From: an uncultured Planctomycetota bacterium
GTDB lineage: Bacteria > Planctomycetota > Planctomycetia > Isosphaerales > Isosphaeraceae
Direction: 5' to 3'
DNA: 64,000 nucleotides
NCBI GenBank assembly: GCA_963823665.1
Contig: CAWGMQ010000008.1
Span: 1,056,001 to 1,120,000, forward strand
Each line of letters begins with the position of its first letter. The first letter of the stretch is position 1. The notes beneath the pieces are model-generated. The model was not told the DNA's origin. It did not search any database and saw only the letters and a list, made by a program, of their open reading frames with translations. The position numbers were made by a program, and so were the translations under genes. Below are positions 11,401 to 22,743 of this stretch, piece after piece.

Positions 11401-11849
11401 CCGAAGGGCTCACCTTCGCCCAGATGTGCGCCAGCCGTAAGCTTTATGCCGCGTCGGCGAAGCTCTACGCCGAGGTGCTTGACGCCGAGCCGACGATGAC
11501 CAACGACCGGCAGGCTCAGCACCGCTATCACGCCGCGTGCGCGGCTGCGCTTGCCGGCAGCGGTGAAGGAAACGACGACCCTCCGCCCGACCCGGCCGCG
11601 CGGGCCAAGCTCCGCGGGCAGGCGCTCGGCTGGCTCAAGGCGGAGCTGGCCGCGTGGACCAAGTCGCTGGAAGGCGGCGGGCCCGAAGCTCGTGCGGCGG
11701 TGCGGCGAGTGCTGTTACACTGGAAAGTTGACCCCGCGCTGTGCGGCGTGGGCGACGAGGCTGGGCTGGCGAAAGTGCCTGAGGCGGAACGCAACGACTG
11801 GCGGGCGGTTTGGTCGGACGCCGAGAGCCTCGTGAAGAAGGCTGAGTGA
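8498..11849 (+). CDS. Ser/Thr kinase-like/TPR-repeat protein lacking kinase subdomains V-VIII (frameshift near 8740)
   Basis: Zn-finger CPECG..CARC, IARGGMG, LAVKVL, RRFIEEAQI, then HPGVVPV joined directly to LDERADVFALG. One TM helix and many TPRs follow. Confidence 0.85.
10515..11170 (+). repeat. 102-bp tandem TPR-coding repeats
   Basis: Variants of CAGGGCAAGCCGGCGGAAGCCGAGGCTGAATTTCG recur every 102 bp (about 10620, 10722, 10824, 10926, 11028, 11130). Confidence 0.85.
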
Positions 11850-11862
11850 GCCAGGTGACGAT

Positions 11863-13131
11863 TCAAATCCAGCGCGGATGATCCGCCCCGAGATTGTCAA
11901 GCCCTCGGGTGATGAGGCAAGGGTGTTTACCGTCTGCCTCCGTGACCCAGATCGCGGGTGCTCCGCCGGTTTTCGCACGACAGAACGCGACTTGTTTGCC
12001 GTCTGGGGATTCACTCGCGCGGAAATCCCAGAGTGGCGGATCGCTCTGCGTCAGGGATGTGAGACGTCCGTCACGCGGGTCGAGCCGGCAGATCTCGGTG
12101 CCGCCTCGGGCGAGCTCGGGCTTGAAGTCGCGATTGAAGTGGTCGACGTCAGGGCGCTGTGGTTGGTATTCCCAGGGGACCTTGGAACCAGGCAAGCGAC
12201 GCGGAAACAGGATGCAACCGTCACGGGTCCACGAGGGCACGTTCGACCCACCGCCCGGCGTCTTCGGGTCACCGTAGGTAGCCGCAAACCACATGGACTT
12301 GCCGTTCGTCAGCACGCGGCGCTCGCTGGCATCGGCGCGACCGACGCAAACGTCGGCCCAGTCATGCCCAGGTTCTTCGGCGGGCTGGCAATCGACGTAA
12401 AGGACCCAGCGGCCGTCCGGAGACCAGCTCGTGCCGAAGTAGAGGTGGCCCGGTTTCGCGGCGATGCAGACCCGGTTCAAACCGTCCGTGTCGCTGGTCC
12501 AGACCTGGTAACCCTGCGGACTCGCGAGATGGAAGGCAACCCGGTTGCCGTCTGGACTCTGGCTCAGGCCATATGGGAGGCCTTCGCCGGCGTGTGTGAG
12601 CTCGCGAGGGTCGGAGCCGTCGAGGCGGACGCTGAAGATCTGGCCGATGTTCTTGCGCACAACTTGCACGAGGAGCCGGTCGGATCGACTCAGCAGAAGC
12701 GCTGGGGTCTCGAATGGTGCAAGGCGGTCCTTGGTGCAAATCTCCTGTAGGGAACCGTCCTCGAGGTCGTGAATCCAGAGGTGCGTCGGGGTCTGCGTGT
12801 AATATTCGCTGAACGGCCGCCCCGGGCCGTCGCGCCGCGGCTCCATGCTCAGAAAGAGGATGCGATGGCCGTCGGGAAAAACAGCACCGGGCTGCCACGT
12901 AGCCTGGCCGGGCTTGTCGAACTGCAGGTAGCGCAGGCCGCTCCCGTCGGCGTTCACGAGGGCTGTCTTGCCCTGCGACGTGAAAAGGAGTCGATTCGGC
13001 CGTGGTGCGTCGGAACTCCGGGCCGTGTCTCGTGGTCCTCGAGAGAACGCGGCGAGAACAGGCATGAGGGCCGCCGAGGCAAGGAATTGCCGACGACCTT
13101 TCAGGCCACGGCGCTGATTGTATTCGTGCAT
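11863..13131 (-). CDS. Tat-exported TolB/PD40-like beta-propeller protein
   Basis: GRRQFLASAAL twin-arginine signal and repeated (S/F)PDG.R..F motifs. Confidence 0.8.
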   Translation of the reverse strand: MHEYNQRRGLKGRRQFLASAALMPVLAAFSRGPRDTARSSDAPRPNRLLFTSQGKTALVNADGSGLRYLQFDKPGQATWQPGAVFPDGHRILFLSMEPRRDGPGRPFSEYYTQTPTHLWIHDLEDGSLQEICTKDRLAPFETPALLLSRSDRLLVQVVRKNIGQIFSVRLDGSDPRELTHAGEGLPYGLSQSPDGNRVAFHLASPQGYQVWTSDTDGLNRVCIAAKPGHLYFGTSWSPDGRWVLYVDCQPAEEPGHDWADVCVGRADASERRVLTNGKSMWFAATYGDPKTPGGGSNVPSWTRDGCILFPRRLPGSKVPWEYQPQRPDVDHFNRDFKPELARGGTEICRLDPRDGRLTSLTQSDPPLWDFRASESPDGKQVAFCRAKTGGAPAIWVTEADGKHPCLITRGLDNLGADHPRWI

Positions 13132-13877
13132 CAAACGGTCTCCGGCAGAGTCCAGGCTTTGTCGCGGGCGGGTGGGGGTTTCGAGGAGTTGATGTCCATC
13201 GAAACCTGGATTTGGCACCCGGTCAAGCATTGCGCGGGAGACCGAGATGCGGCCGAACGGATCCGGGGGATCCGTCAGGATGCCACCGTGCGTCGCGGAT
13301 GAGGCCAGCCAGTCGCCGATGATCACCTGTGTTGATCATTGGAGGGTGACACCGACGGCGTGAAACCGAATGGTCCGCCGGTGCCAACAGGCGTCGAAGC
13401 GCACCCATGCCCGCCCGGCGCGCGCAGGGCTGCGAATCAGAGCGCGAATACCGGCCGAATCGTTAGAATGCGAAGCCGGGCCAGAAATATATTTATCATT
13501 GCGATTTTATCCGTTGCCGATCTCGGTTTCATGTCGCATATTAATAACAAGGGGAGACTCTGCGCTGTCGCTCGCGGCGGACGCAGCCTCACTCTCTTCC
13601 CGACGACCCTTGCTCTGGTTCTGTGCTGAACCGGGGATCTGGCTCCGAAGCCGCTGAAGGTGAAGTGAATGCTCGCTTTTGATCACAACTGTTCCTCTCA
13701 TATGACAACAAGCGTCGATTTCAATTCGAATTGGTCCTCGCGGCGAACGTGCGACGCAAGGCCTCGCCGCGGGCTGAGAAACTCGATTGGGAGAGAGGAG
13801 GATTTTTAGAATTCGTACTATCCAGTACCATTTCGTACCATTTCTTGGGGAAGCGTCGCCGTATCCGGAGGGAGATC

Positions 13878-14049
13878 GTCGGGCTGTAGCCTGACCTACG
13901 CGAGGAAATCGTCAGGCGAAAGCCTGACCTACTCCAGGGGGCGAGGGAGAGTGTCAGGCCAAAGCCTGACCTACTTCAGGCATTTGCGTCCAGCGCGGCG
14001 CGAGCCGGTGCGGAATGTGGGGGGATTGTCAGGCAAAAGCCTGACCTAC
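13878..14049. repeat. Cluster of four 22-bp GTAG-family REP elements
   Basis: GTCAGGC-nnna-GCCTGAC-CTAC at 13878 (variant), 13911, 13953 and 14028. The reverse complement is GTAG followed by a 7-bp stem hairpin. Confidence 0.8.
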
Positions 14050-14076
14050 TCCAGGCGCGAGCTGGTGCGGAATGTG

Positions 14077-14216
14077 ACGAACGAACCCAATTCGATTCAG
14101 GTGGCTGGAAATGCGTAACTTGGAATTAGAGTGAAGGTTGGATCACGAAAATACCCGTGAACTGTGACTTGACAACGTGGCTGAATTTAACGAACGAACC
14201 CAACGAACGAACCCAA
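14077..14216. repeat. ACGAACGAACCCAA short direct repeats (3 copies)
   Basis: Copies at 14077-14090, 14190-14203 and 14203-14216. Confidence 0.75.
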
Positions 14217-14353
14217 CTGCGGCAGGCAAGCCGCACGGGCGACCTGGCGATTGCCAGATTGGCGATGGCCGCGGCATGATGGGGGGTGCCCAATCGCGCG
14301 ATGAGCAGCCCCCTTCCCGGAGGGCGCATCCAACACCAGAGCGGATTCCATCG

Positions 14354-16371
14354 ATGACTCAGAAGCCTTCCACCGACATGTCAGAAGCTCGAGCGGGTTC
14401 TGCCGGCGAGATTCACTCGCTGCTCGACTCGGACGATCCATCGGTTTACGCGGTGACCACCAAGGCCGAGGGGCCGGTGGGGCGCTGCCGCTCTCGGACG
14501 AGATGCTGCGCGAATGGCCGTCGGGCGATTTGTTCGGGCTGGTTCAGAATGCCGGCATGGGTTGGACGCCAGCCGAAGTCGCTCGCGATCCATTTCTCAT
14601 TCTGAGCACGCAAGGCGGCCTGCGGGCCCCGGACGGGCAGCCGATTGCGCTGGGATATCACACGGGCCACTGGGAAGTCGGCATCCTCGTGGAAGAGGCG
14701 GCCCTGGAGCTGAAACGACTGGGCAAGGCGCCGTTTGCGGGCATGGTCTCAGATCCATGCGATGGGCGAACGCAAGGAACGGCCGGAATGATGGACAGCC
14801 TGCCGTATCGCAACGACGCGGCCATCGTTTTCCGCCGGTTGATCCGCTCGTTGCCGCGGCGCAGGGGCGTGCTGGGAATCGCCACATGCGACAAGGGCCT
14901 GCCGGCGATGATGATGGCGCTGGCGGGCTCAAAGCAGATCGCCGGCGTGCTCATGCCCGGCGGTGTGACTCTTCCGCCAAAGGACGGAGAAGACGCAGGC
15001 AAGATTCAATCGATCGGTGCACGGTACGCACACGGTGAGATCAGCCTGCTCGAAGCCGCCGAGATGGGCTGCCGGGCATGTGCGTCGCCGGGCGGAGGCT
15101 GTCAGTTTCTCGGGACGGCCGCCACGTCTCAGGTGGTTGCCGAAGCGCTGGGTATCACGGTTCCGCATGCGGCGCTGGCGCCATCGGGTCAGCCGATCTG
15201 GCGCGACCTGGCGCGGCGATCGGCTCGCGCGCTGGTGAACCTCGCTGCCGGAGGGCGAACGCTCGGCGACGTTGTTACGGACGCAGCCGTTCGCAACGCG
15301 ATGGTCGTGCACGCGGCATTCGGCGGCTCGACCAACCTCTTGCTGCACATTCCGGCCATCGCGTTCGCGGCGGGGCTGCGCCGGCCCACTGTGGACGACT
15401 GGCACGAGGTCAATCTGCGCGTGCCCCGGCTGGTGAGCGTGCTTCCCAACGGGCCATTTTATCATCCGACGGTGCGGGCTTATCTCGCTGGCGGTGTGCC
15501 CGAAGTGATGCTGCACTTGAGGTCGCTCGATCTGCTCGATCTCTCGGTCATGACGGTTACAGGAGAGCCTCTGGAGCGAGTGCTCGCGTGGTGGGAAAAG
15601 AGCGAGCGGCGCAAGGCGCTGCGCGACCGGTTATTCGAGCAGGATAGCGTGAGTCCCGATGATGTGATCATGAGTCCGGGCCGTGCGCGCGAGCTTGGGT
15701 TGACGAGCACGGTGACTTTTCCGCGGGGCAACCTGGCGCCCGAAGGCTCTGTGATCAAGAGCACGGCGATCGATCCGAGCGTCGTCGACCCGGACGGAGT
15801 TTATCGCAAGGTTGGGCCGGCGCGGGTTTTCACGCGCGAGCGCGAGGCGATTGCGGCGATCAAGGGGCAGGGTGAGAAGCCTATTCGCCCGGGCGATGTG
15901 CTGGTCTTGATCGGCCGCGGACCTTCGGGCGCGGGGATGGAGGAGATTTATCAGATCACGGCGGCCTTGCGCTATCTTTCGTTCGGCAAGCACGTGGCGG
16001 TGCTCACCGACGCGCGATTCTCGGGAGTTTCGACGGGCGCGTGCATCGGCCATATCAGCCCGGAGGCGCTGGCGGGCGGCCCGATCGCCAAGGTAAGGGA
16101 TGGGGATTCGATCCGAATCGTTGTCGACCGCGTCAAGCTCGAGGGAACGCTCGATCTTATCGGCGCAGATGGCGCGACTCTTGAGCCCGCGGAAGCCGCG
16201 CGGTTACTCAAGCGCCGGAGTGCCCACCCGCAGCTTTCGAGCGATCCCGACCTGCCCGATGACACGCGGCTCTGGGCGGCACTTCAGAATGTCGGCGGTG
16301 GAACCTGGGGCGGGTGTGTTTATGATACGGATGCAATTATCACAGCAGTGAGAGCGGGGATGAAGAAATGA
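14354..16371 (+). CDS. yagF: YjhG/YagF family D-xylonate dehydratase (IlvD/Edd superfamily; frameshift near 14485)
   Basis: [60 protein letters not shown] and [16 protein letters not shown]. Confidence 0.88.
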
Positions 16372-18271
16372 ACGGGCAGGAAAGGCTGGATGCAGAGAAG
16401 GGTCAAACGGTGATGACGGTCTCACGCTCGATCCTGTTGCTCGCGGCACTGACATTCGCACTGAGCCTGTCTCCGACCAGAGTTGCATCGGCTGAGGATG
16501 TCCTCGTTTTCGACCGAGTGCGCGTCTTTGACGGAGTGCAGGTGATCCCGAGCACGACAGTGATTGTGCGTGACGGGTTCATTTCGGCCGTCGCGGCCGA
16601 CGCCTCGGTGCCCGCGGGTGCCACAGTGATCAACGGCCGCGGCAAGACGCTCATCCCGGGGCTGATCGATGCGCACACCCACACGTTTGCGCCCGAGCAC
16701 CTTCGCGCTGCGATTATGTTCGGTGTGACAACCGAGCTGGATATGTTTACACTCGCGTCATTCGCGGCTGCCCGGCGATCGGAGCAATCGACGAGCAAAG
16801 CGGACGGCCGCGCCGACCTCTTCTCTGCCGGCACGCTCGTTACCGCGCCCGGCGGCCACGGCACCGAGTACGGGTTTCCGATACCGACGATCACGAGCGC
16901 CGATCACGCCGGTGAATTCGTGGCGGCGCGAATCGCCGAGGGATCGGATTACATCAAGATTGTCTACGATGACGGTTCAGAAATCGGCCTGCCCTGGAAA
17001 ACGATCGACGAGCTTACCCTGGCTGCGGTCATTCGCGCGGCGCGGGATCGCAAGAAGCTGGCGGTGGTGCACGTGCTAGCCCGGGAATTCGCGCGACGGG
17101 CGATCGCACACGGTGCCGACGGGCTGGTCCACCTGTTCGTCGACCAGCCGGTTGATGACGCGTTCGTGCGTCTGGCCGTCGAGCGCAAGGTGTTTGTAAT
17201 CCCCACGCTCACCGTGCTTGAAAGTGTCAACCGAGATGGCGGTGGAGCACGCCTGGCCAGCGACGCGGCATTGGCCCCGTTCCTGATGCCGGAAGACGCT
17301 CGAGCGCTGCGATCGCGCTTCCCCGGAAACCCTTCATCGCCGGAGGTGCAAAAGATCCCTGCCGAGACGGTAAGAGCACTCAAGTCCGCGGGAGTACCCA
17401 TCCTGGCGGGCACCGATTGCGGCAACCCGGGCACCGCACACGGCGCAAGCCTTCATAGAGAACTCGCGCTACTGGTTAGCGCCGGGTTGACGCCCGTGGA
17501 AGCACTGGGCGCCGCAACCGGCGCAACGGCGAAGGCTTTCGGGCTGTCGGACCGCGGCAGGATTGCCACGGGCCAGCGCCGGATCTCGTGCTCGTGAGCG
17601 GAGACCCGACCGTGGACATCACGGCGACCCGGCAGATCGCCGGGGTGTGGAAGCGCGGTCGTGCGATCGACCGCGACGCCTATCGCCGACAGGTTCAGCT
17701 CCAGTTCGAGGCAGCGGCGAAGCTAAAGACAGCACCCGCACCGCCCGGATCAGAGGCGGGGTTGATCAGCGACTTCGAGGGCAAGGACGCCGCGACCAAG
17801 GCTGCCTTCGGCGCCGGCTGGATGCGTTCCACAGACGCGATGCGCGGGGGCAAATCAAAGGTGGAGACCGCCGTCTGCGCGGGCGGAGCCAACGGTTCGG
17901 CGCACGCTCTGAAGATCAAGGGGACAATCGACGCCAATCCGGGCCAGCACTGGGCGGGAGTCTTGTTCTCGCCGGGTGCAGCGCCGATGAGCGCGGCCAA
18001 CCTCTCGGGAAAGTCAGGGATCTCGTTCTTTGCCAAAGGCGACGGTCGTCGGGCCTCTGTGATGGTATTCAGCCAGACCCGCGGTTTCGTGCCGGCCATC
18101 GTGACGTTCCCGACAACGGGCGAGTGGAAGCAGATCCGGTTCGCGTGGAAAGACTTCGACGATCTGGACGGCACCGCTTCGCTCGGTATTTTCTTCGGCG
18201 GCGGCGATCTACCGGGCCCATTCGAGCTTCAGATCGACGAGGTGCGACTCGAGGCCGCCGAGGTGAAATAA
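16368..18271 (+). CDS. Secreted amidohydrolase family protein with C-terminal CIA30/CBM11-like domain (frameshift near 17580)
   Basis: [21 protein letters not shown] and RGRI..G, followed by ISDFE...GW..STD..RGGKS...F..KGDG...[10 protein letters not shown]. Confidence 0.85.
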
Positions 18272-18347
18272 GCGAGGCAACTGTGATGGACGGCCCGGTC
18301 CAGCCTCCGATACGCGTCCAGAGAGCAATCACGAAGGGCGGCCCGCG

Positions 18348-19214
18348 TCACCACGCGAGCTTTGGTGGGAAGAATTCAGAGATCAAGTCTTCGTAGAACG
18401 GACGGAGCTTATCGACGTCGGGCGGCTCGTGGCCCTTGGAGTAGAGGTCGAAGGGGTTGAACGCTCGCACCCATTCCATGCGGCGCTCGTCTGCCTCATT
18501 CATCAAGTGTGCGTATGCATTCTCTCGGTGGACAGGATAGGCGGAGTGATAGCGGATCATCGCCAGCCCCCCTTCAGGTAGATGATCCTTGACGATGTGA
18601 TAAAGGTATTCGTCATGCCCCCAGGACAGGTACACATGATCGAGGCCACAGCCGGGCTCATAAATGCCACACTCGGTTTGATAGCGGGCCACGTGTGCAT
18701 CGGGGTTATCGGCGAAGAATTCCGGGAAGACGATTCTTTCCGAATAGCGGCATCCGACGGGAAACGTGTCGCCGACGACGGCCCATTGCGGCTCGCCGAA
18801 GAGGCAGAGGATTTTGCCGAGGTCGTGGATCAAGCCGGTGAGGATGAACCAGCGGGGGTGGCCGGCGGCCCGAATCGCCTCGGCGGTTTGCATCAAGTGT
18901 TCGATCTGAGTCAGGCTGGTGTCGGGATCGCTGTCGTCGACCAACGTGTTGAGAAATTCCATCGCCTCCCAGATTCCCATTCTACGATGGTTCAGACCGA
19001 GGTACTCGTTTCTCTTCGATTTGACGAAATCAAGGGTCTGGAAGCGGTGATTGAGCCGGTAGAACTCGCGGACGGACGGGCGGACAGTCGTGCCATAGTC
19101 GCGAAACGACGCCTTCGCGCCGGGTGCGGGATATCGGTCGCGTAGAAAGTCTTCCCACTCATCGAGATCGGGCAAGGGATTCGATTCGGGATCTACGGGG
19201 GTGTCGTGTGCCAT
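18348..19214 (-). CDS. myo-Inositol oxygenase (MIOX) family, HD-domain diiron enzyme
   Basis: [63 protein letters not shown] and FNPFDLYSK. Confidence 0.92.
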   Translation of the reverse strand: MAHDTPVDPESNPLPDLDEWEDFLRDRYPAPGAKASFRDYGTTVRPSVREFYRLNHRFQTLDFVKSKRNEYLGLNHRRMGIWEAMEFLNTLVDDSDPDTSLTQIEHLMQTAEAIRAAGHPRWFILTGLIHDLGKILCLFGEPQWAVVGDTFPVGCRYSERIVFPEFFADNPDAHVARYQTECGIYEPGCGLDHVYLSWGHDEYLYHIVKDHLPEGGLAMIRYHSAYPVHRENAYAHLMNEADERRMEWVRAFNPFDLYSKGHEPPDVDKLRPFYEDLISEFFPPKLAW

Positions 19215-19379
19215 GGCTGAATGGTCTCCCACGCGAAGGCGACCGTGGTCACGTTCCTTTATGATCCGCGGCGCACGTCCCAGTGAGTGTAATCTTCTCG
19301 CGCAAATCGCACCAGTTTGTTCGATTCTTGGTAGAATCAATCGCTTGAAATTCTCTGTCCAATCACTCTGGTCGAGGAT

Positions 19380-19805
19380 TTGATCGACGTGCACAGCCCT
19401 GCCGAGATCTTACCGTTCCTGTCGGCCCTTAAATGGAACGACGAGGGACTCATTCCGGCGATTGTCCAGGATGCGGAGAATGGGGATGTGTTGATGATGG
19501 CCTGGATGGATGAGCCTGCGCTTTTGGACACGATCACGACGGGGCAGACTCATTTTTACTCACGTTCGCGGCGTGCGCACTGGCACAAGGGGGCGACGTC
19601 GGGCCACACGCAGCAAGTCGAGTCGGTCTGGCTCGATTGCGACGGCGACGTGCTTTTGATCAAGGCGCGGCAGTCCGGAGGTGCGTGCCACGAAGGATAC
19701 CGTTCGTGCTTTTTCCGGCGCGTCGGGGATTCGGGAGTCATTCTGGTGGCTGCCGAGCCGGTCTTCGATGCGGCGAAAGTCTATGGTTCTTCATCCAACG
19801 ATTGA
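19380..19805 (+). CDS. hisI: Phosphoribosyl-AMP cyclohydrolase
   Basis: [21 protein letters not shown]...[13 protein letters not shown] and [10 protein letters not shown]. Confidence 0.95.
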   Translation: MIDVHSPAEILPFLSALKWNDEGLIPAIVQDAENGDVLMMAWMDEPALLDTITTGQTHFYSRSRRAHWHKGATSGHTQQVESVWLDCDGDVLLIKARQSGGACHEGYRSCFFRRVGDSGVILVAAEPVFDAAKVYGSSSND

Positions 19806-19841
19806 AATCGAATTCGCGAAATTACTGGAAGGAAACCGCAC

Positions 19842-21000
19842 ATGCGTAAGCCGAGGTTGATGACACCAGGACCGGCGATGGTTCCCGAGGACGTGCTGCT
19901 CGAGCTGGCTCGCCCGGTGATTCACCACCGGTCGAATGAGTTCAAGCAGGTTTTGACGGAGGTCGCCGCCGGTCTCAAGGAGGTGTTCCAAACGCAGAAC
20001 GATGTGCTGATCTTGACGGCGTCTGGAACCGGGGCGATGGAAGCGGCGGTGACGAACGCCGTGCCGCCGGACGGCAAAGCGCTGGTCCTCAATGCCGGCC
20101 ACTTCGCGGCGCGGTGGATCAACTTGTGCAAGGCGTTCCAACTGAAATACGTATCGCTTGAGACGGAGTGGGGGCAACCGGTCGAGCCTGGGCGAGTGGA
20201 AGAGGCTCTGCGGCAGAACCCCGACACTTCGTGTGTCTTCGGCACGCTCAGCGAGAACCTCCACCGGCACGGGCCATCCGATCGAAGCGATTGGGCGAGT
20301 CGTCGCGAAGACCCCGGCGCTCTTTGCGATCGACGGCATTTCGGGAGTCGGGGCGATGGAGTGCCGCACGGACAAGTGGGGAGTCGACCTGCTTTGCGTG
20401 GGGTCTCAGAAGGCGCTCATGATCCCGCCGGGCCTGGCGTTTGTGGCGGTGAGCCCCAAGGCCTGGGCCAGGATTGATTCCTTCGAATCGCCCAGTTACT
20501 ACTTCAACCTCAAGGCTGCCCGGAAGAAGATGAAGGAGTTTGACACACCATATACACCAGCGCATACATTGATTCAGGCGCTTTGCGTGGCGCTGCGACG
20601 GATCAAGGAGGAGGGAATCGAGAATGTCTGGGAGCGTCATCGCCGGATGAGTGAAGCGTGCCAGGCGGGAGTGGTGGCTCTCGGGCTCGAGCTTTTCAGC
20701 TCGCGACCGGCCGAAGGCCTCACTGCATTCTGCGTTCCGGAGGGGCTCAAAGACACGCAGATTCGCAACAAGCTCTCGGAGCGCTTCGGCATAACGACGG
20801 TCGGCGGGCAGGACAAGCTCAAGGGGAAGATCATCCGGATCGGGCACATGGGCTACACGGACGAGATCGACGTGATTGGCACGCTCGCCGCGCTCGAGAT
20901 GACGCTCGGGGAGCTTGGCCTGGAAGTGGAACCGGGCCGGGCGGTGACGGCAGCCCAGCAGGTGCTCATGGGGCAGAGGAGCTCAGTCGGGATCGGCTGA
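19842..21000 (+). CDS. Class V PLP aminotransferase (alanine-glyoxylate/serine-pyruvate type; frameshift near 20260)
   Basis: LMTPGP, HHRS..F, SGTGAMEAA, DGISG, GSQKALMIPPGL and RIGHMG. Confidence 0.9.
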
Positions 21001-21084
21001 GCGGGTGGGGATGGGGGATCGGTTTCGTCAGCCCCCTTCGTCAGGAGTGGATGTCGGCAAATCAAACAGGAGTGGAAGAGATTG

Positions 21085-22721
21085 ATGGGAACGCATCGCG
21101 TGCTGGTCACCGACAAGCTGGCTGAAGAGGGGCTCGCGAGCTTCGCGCGGAGCCGGGCATCGAGGTTGTGGTGAACACCAAGCTTGCTCAGGATTCCGCG
21201 GGCCTGCGGCTGGCGCTCGAAACAGCCGATGGGATCGTCATTCGCTCGGGAACGCAGCTCACGGCGGAAATCCTCGAGAATCAGCCGAGGCTCAAGGCCA
21301 TCGTCCGAGCGGGTGTGGGCGTTGACAACATCGACGTTTCAGCGGCCACGCGGCGCGGAATCGTGGTGATGAATACGCCGGGTGGAAATACCATTTCCAC
21401 GGCCGAGCACACGATGGCGCTGCTCTTGTCGCTGGCGCGAAATGTTCCCAGGGCCAATGAGAGCCTCAAGGCGGGGCACTGGGAGCGCACCAAGTTCACC
21501 GGCACGCAGCTCGCGGGCAAGACCCTGGGGATCGTCGGCCTGGGGCGGGTCGGACTGGCCGTGGCCGAGCGTGCGCGTGGATTTGGAATGAAGGTGATCG
21601 GGTTCGACCCGTTCCTGTCGGCCGAGAAGGCCCTCGAGTGCGGCGTGGAGAGCGTTGCTCGACTCGACGACCTGTGGGGTCGGTGCGACTTCATCACGCT
21701 GCACACGCCGCTCACGGCCGAAACGCGGAACGTGGTCGGAGCGCGCGAGATTGCGATGATGAAGCCGTCGGTCCGGATCATCAACTGCGCTCGCGGCGGC
21801 CTGATCGATGAGCCGGCGCTGGCGGAAGCCCTGGAGAACGGCAAGGTGGCCGGTGCGGCGATCGACGTGTTTGATCCCGAGCCGCCGCCGGCGGACCACC
21901 CGCTGATCCGGCTGGGACAGATTGTGGTGACGCCGCATCTGGGTGCCTCGACCGAGGAGGCGCAGATCTCCGTCGCGGTGGAAGCGGCCAAGCTGCTCAT
22001 TGATTTCCTGGCGCGGGGCCAGGTCCGGTTCGCGGTGAACATGCCGGCGCTCGACCGCGCGGAGCTCGAGGATGTTCGCCACGACTTGAATCTCGCCTGG
22101 CGTCTGGGAATGCTCCACGCCCAGATGGATCGGGGCACGCTCAAAAATGCCAAGCTCACGTACCGCGGCGAGGTCGCCCACAAGAATACCAAGCTGATCA
22201 CCGCGAGCTTCGCCGCGGGGCTGATGGCATCAGCGCTCGAAGAGCAGGTGAATCTGGTCAATGCGCTTGCGCTGGCGCGCGAGCGTGGGATCGTGATCGA
22301 GGAACGATCGGCTGAGGCGCCCGGTGATTTCGCCACGCTGATTGAGAGTGAGGTTGCGACCGAGCGGAAATCGTACGTTGCCGCCGGAACACTCTTCGGC
22401 AAGCAGTTCCTCAGGCTGGTGCGACTGGGGACTTATCTGCTTGACGCTCATCTGGACGGCACGCTCCTGGTGTTCACGCACCGGGACCGCCCGGGCCTGA
22501 TCGGCTTCATCGGCTGCACGCTGGGCGATGAAGGGGTCAACATCGCGCAGATGAATGTGGGGCGCGACCAGCCGGGCGGCGAGGCGATCGGGGTTGTCAA
22601 TCTGGACAGTGCTCCGTCTGAAACCGCGCTCGAGACCCTGCGGACGAACGCTCACATCACGAGCCTCTCCGTGATCAAGCTTCCGCCGCAGGGGGCGGTT
22701 CCTGCGTGGCTCGCGTTGTGA
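21085..22721 (+). CDS. serA: D-3-phosphoglycerate dehydrogenase, long form with ASB and ACT domains (frameshift near 21140)
   Basis: MGTHRVLVTDKL, RAGVGVDNID, GLGRVG, INCARGG, TPHLGAST.EAQ and DRPGLIG (ACT). Confidence 0.93.
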
Positions 22722-22743
22722 CCTGCAAGTGAAGAGTCGCAAT

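Noticed and set aside
13135..13700. Small ORFs upstream of the TolB-like gene
   Set aside because: Several short overlapping ORFs on both strands, none with recognisable features.
13878..14049. Possible mini CRISPR array of 22-bp palindromic repeats
   Set aside because: Spacers are very unequal (11, 20, 53 bp), the GTAG-hairpin structure is that of REPs, and no cas genes are present.
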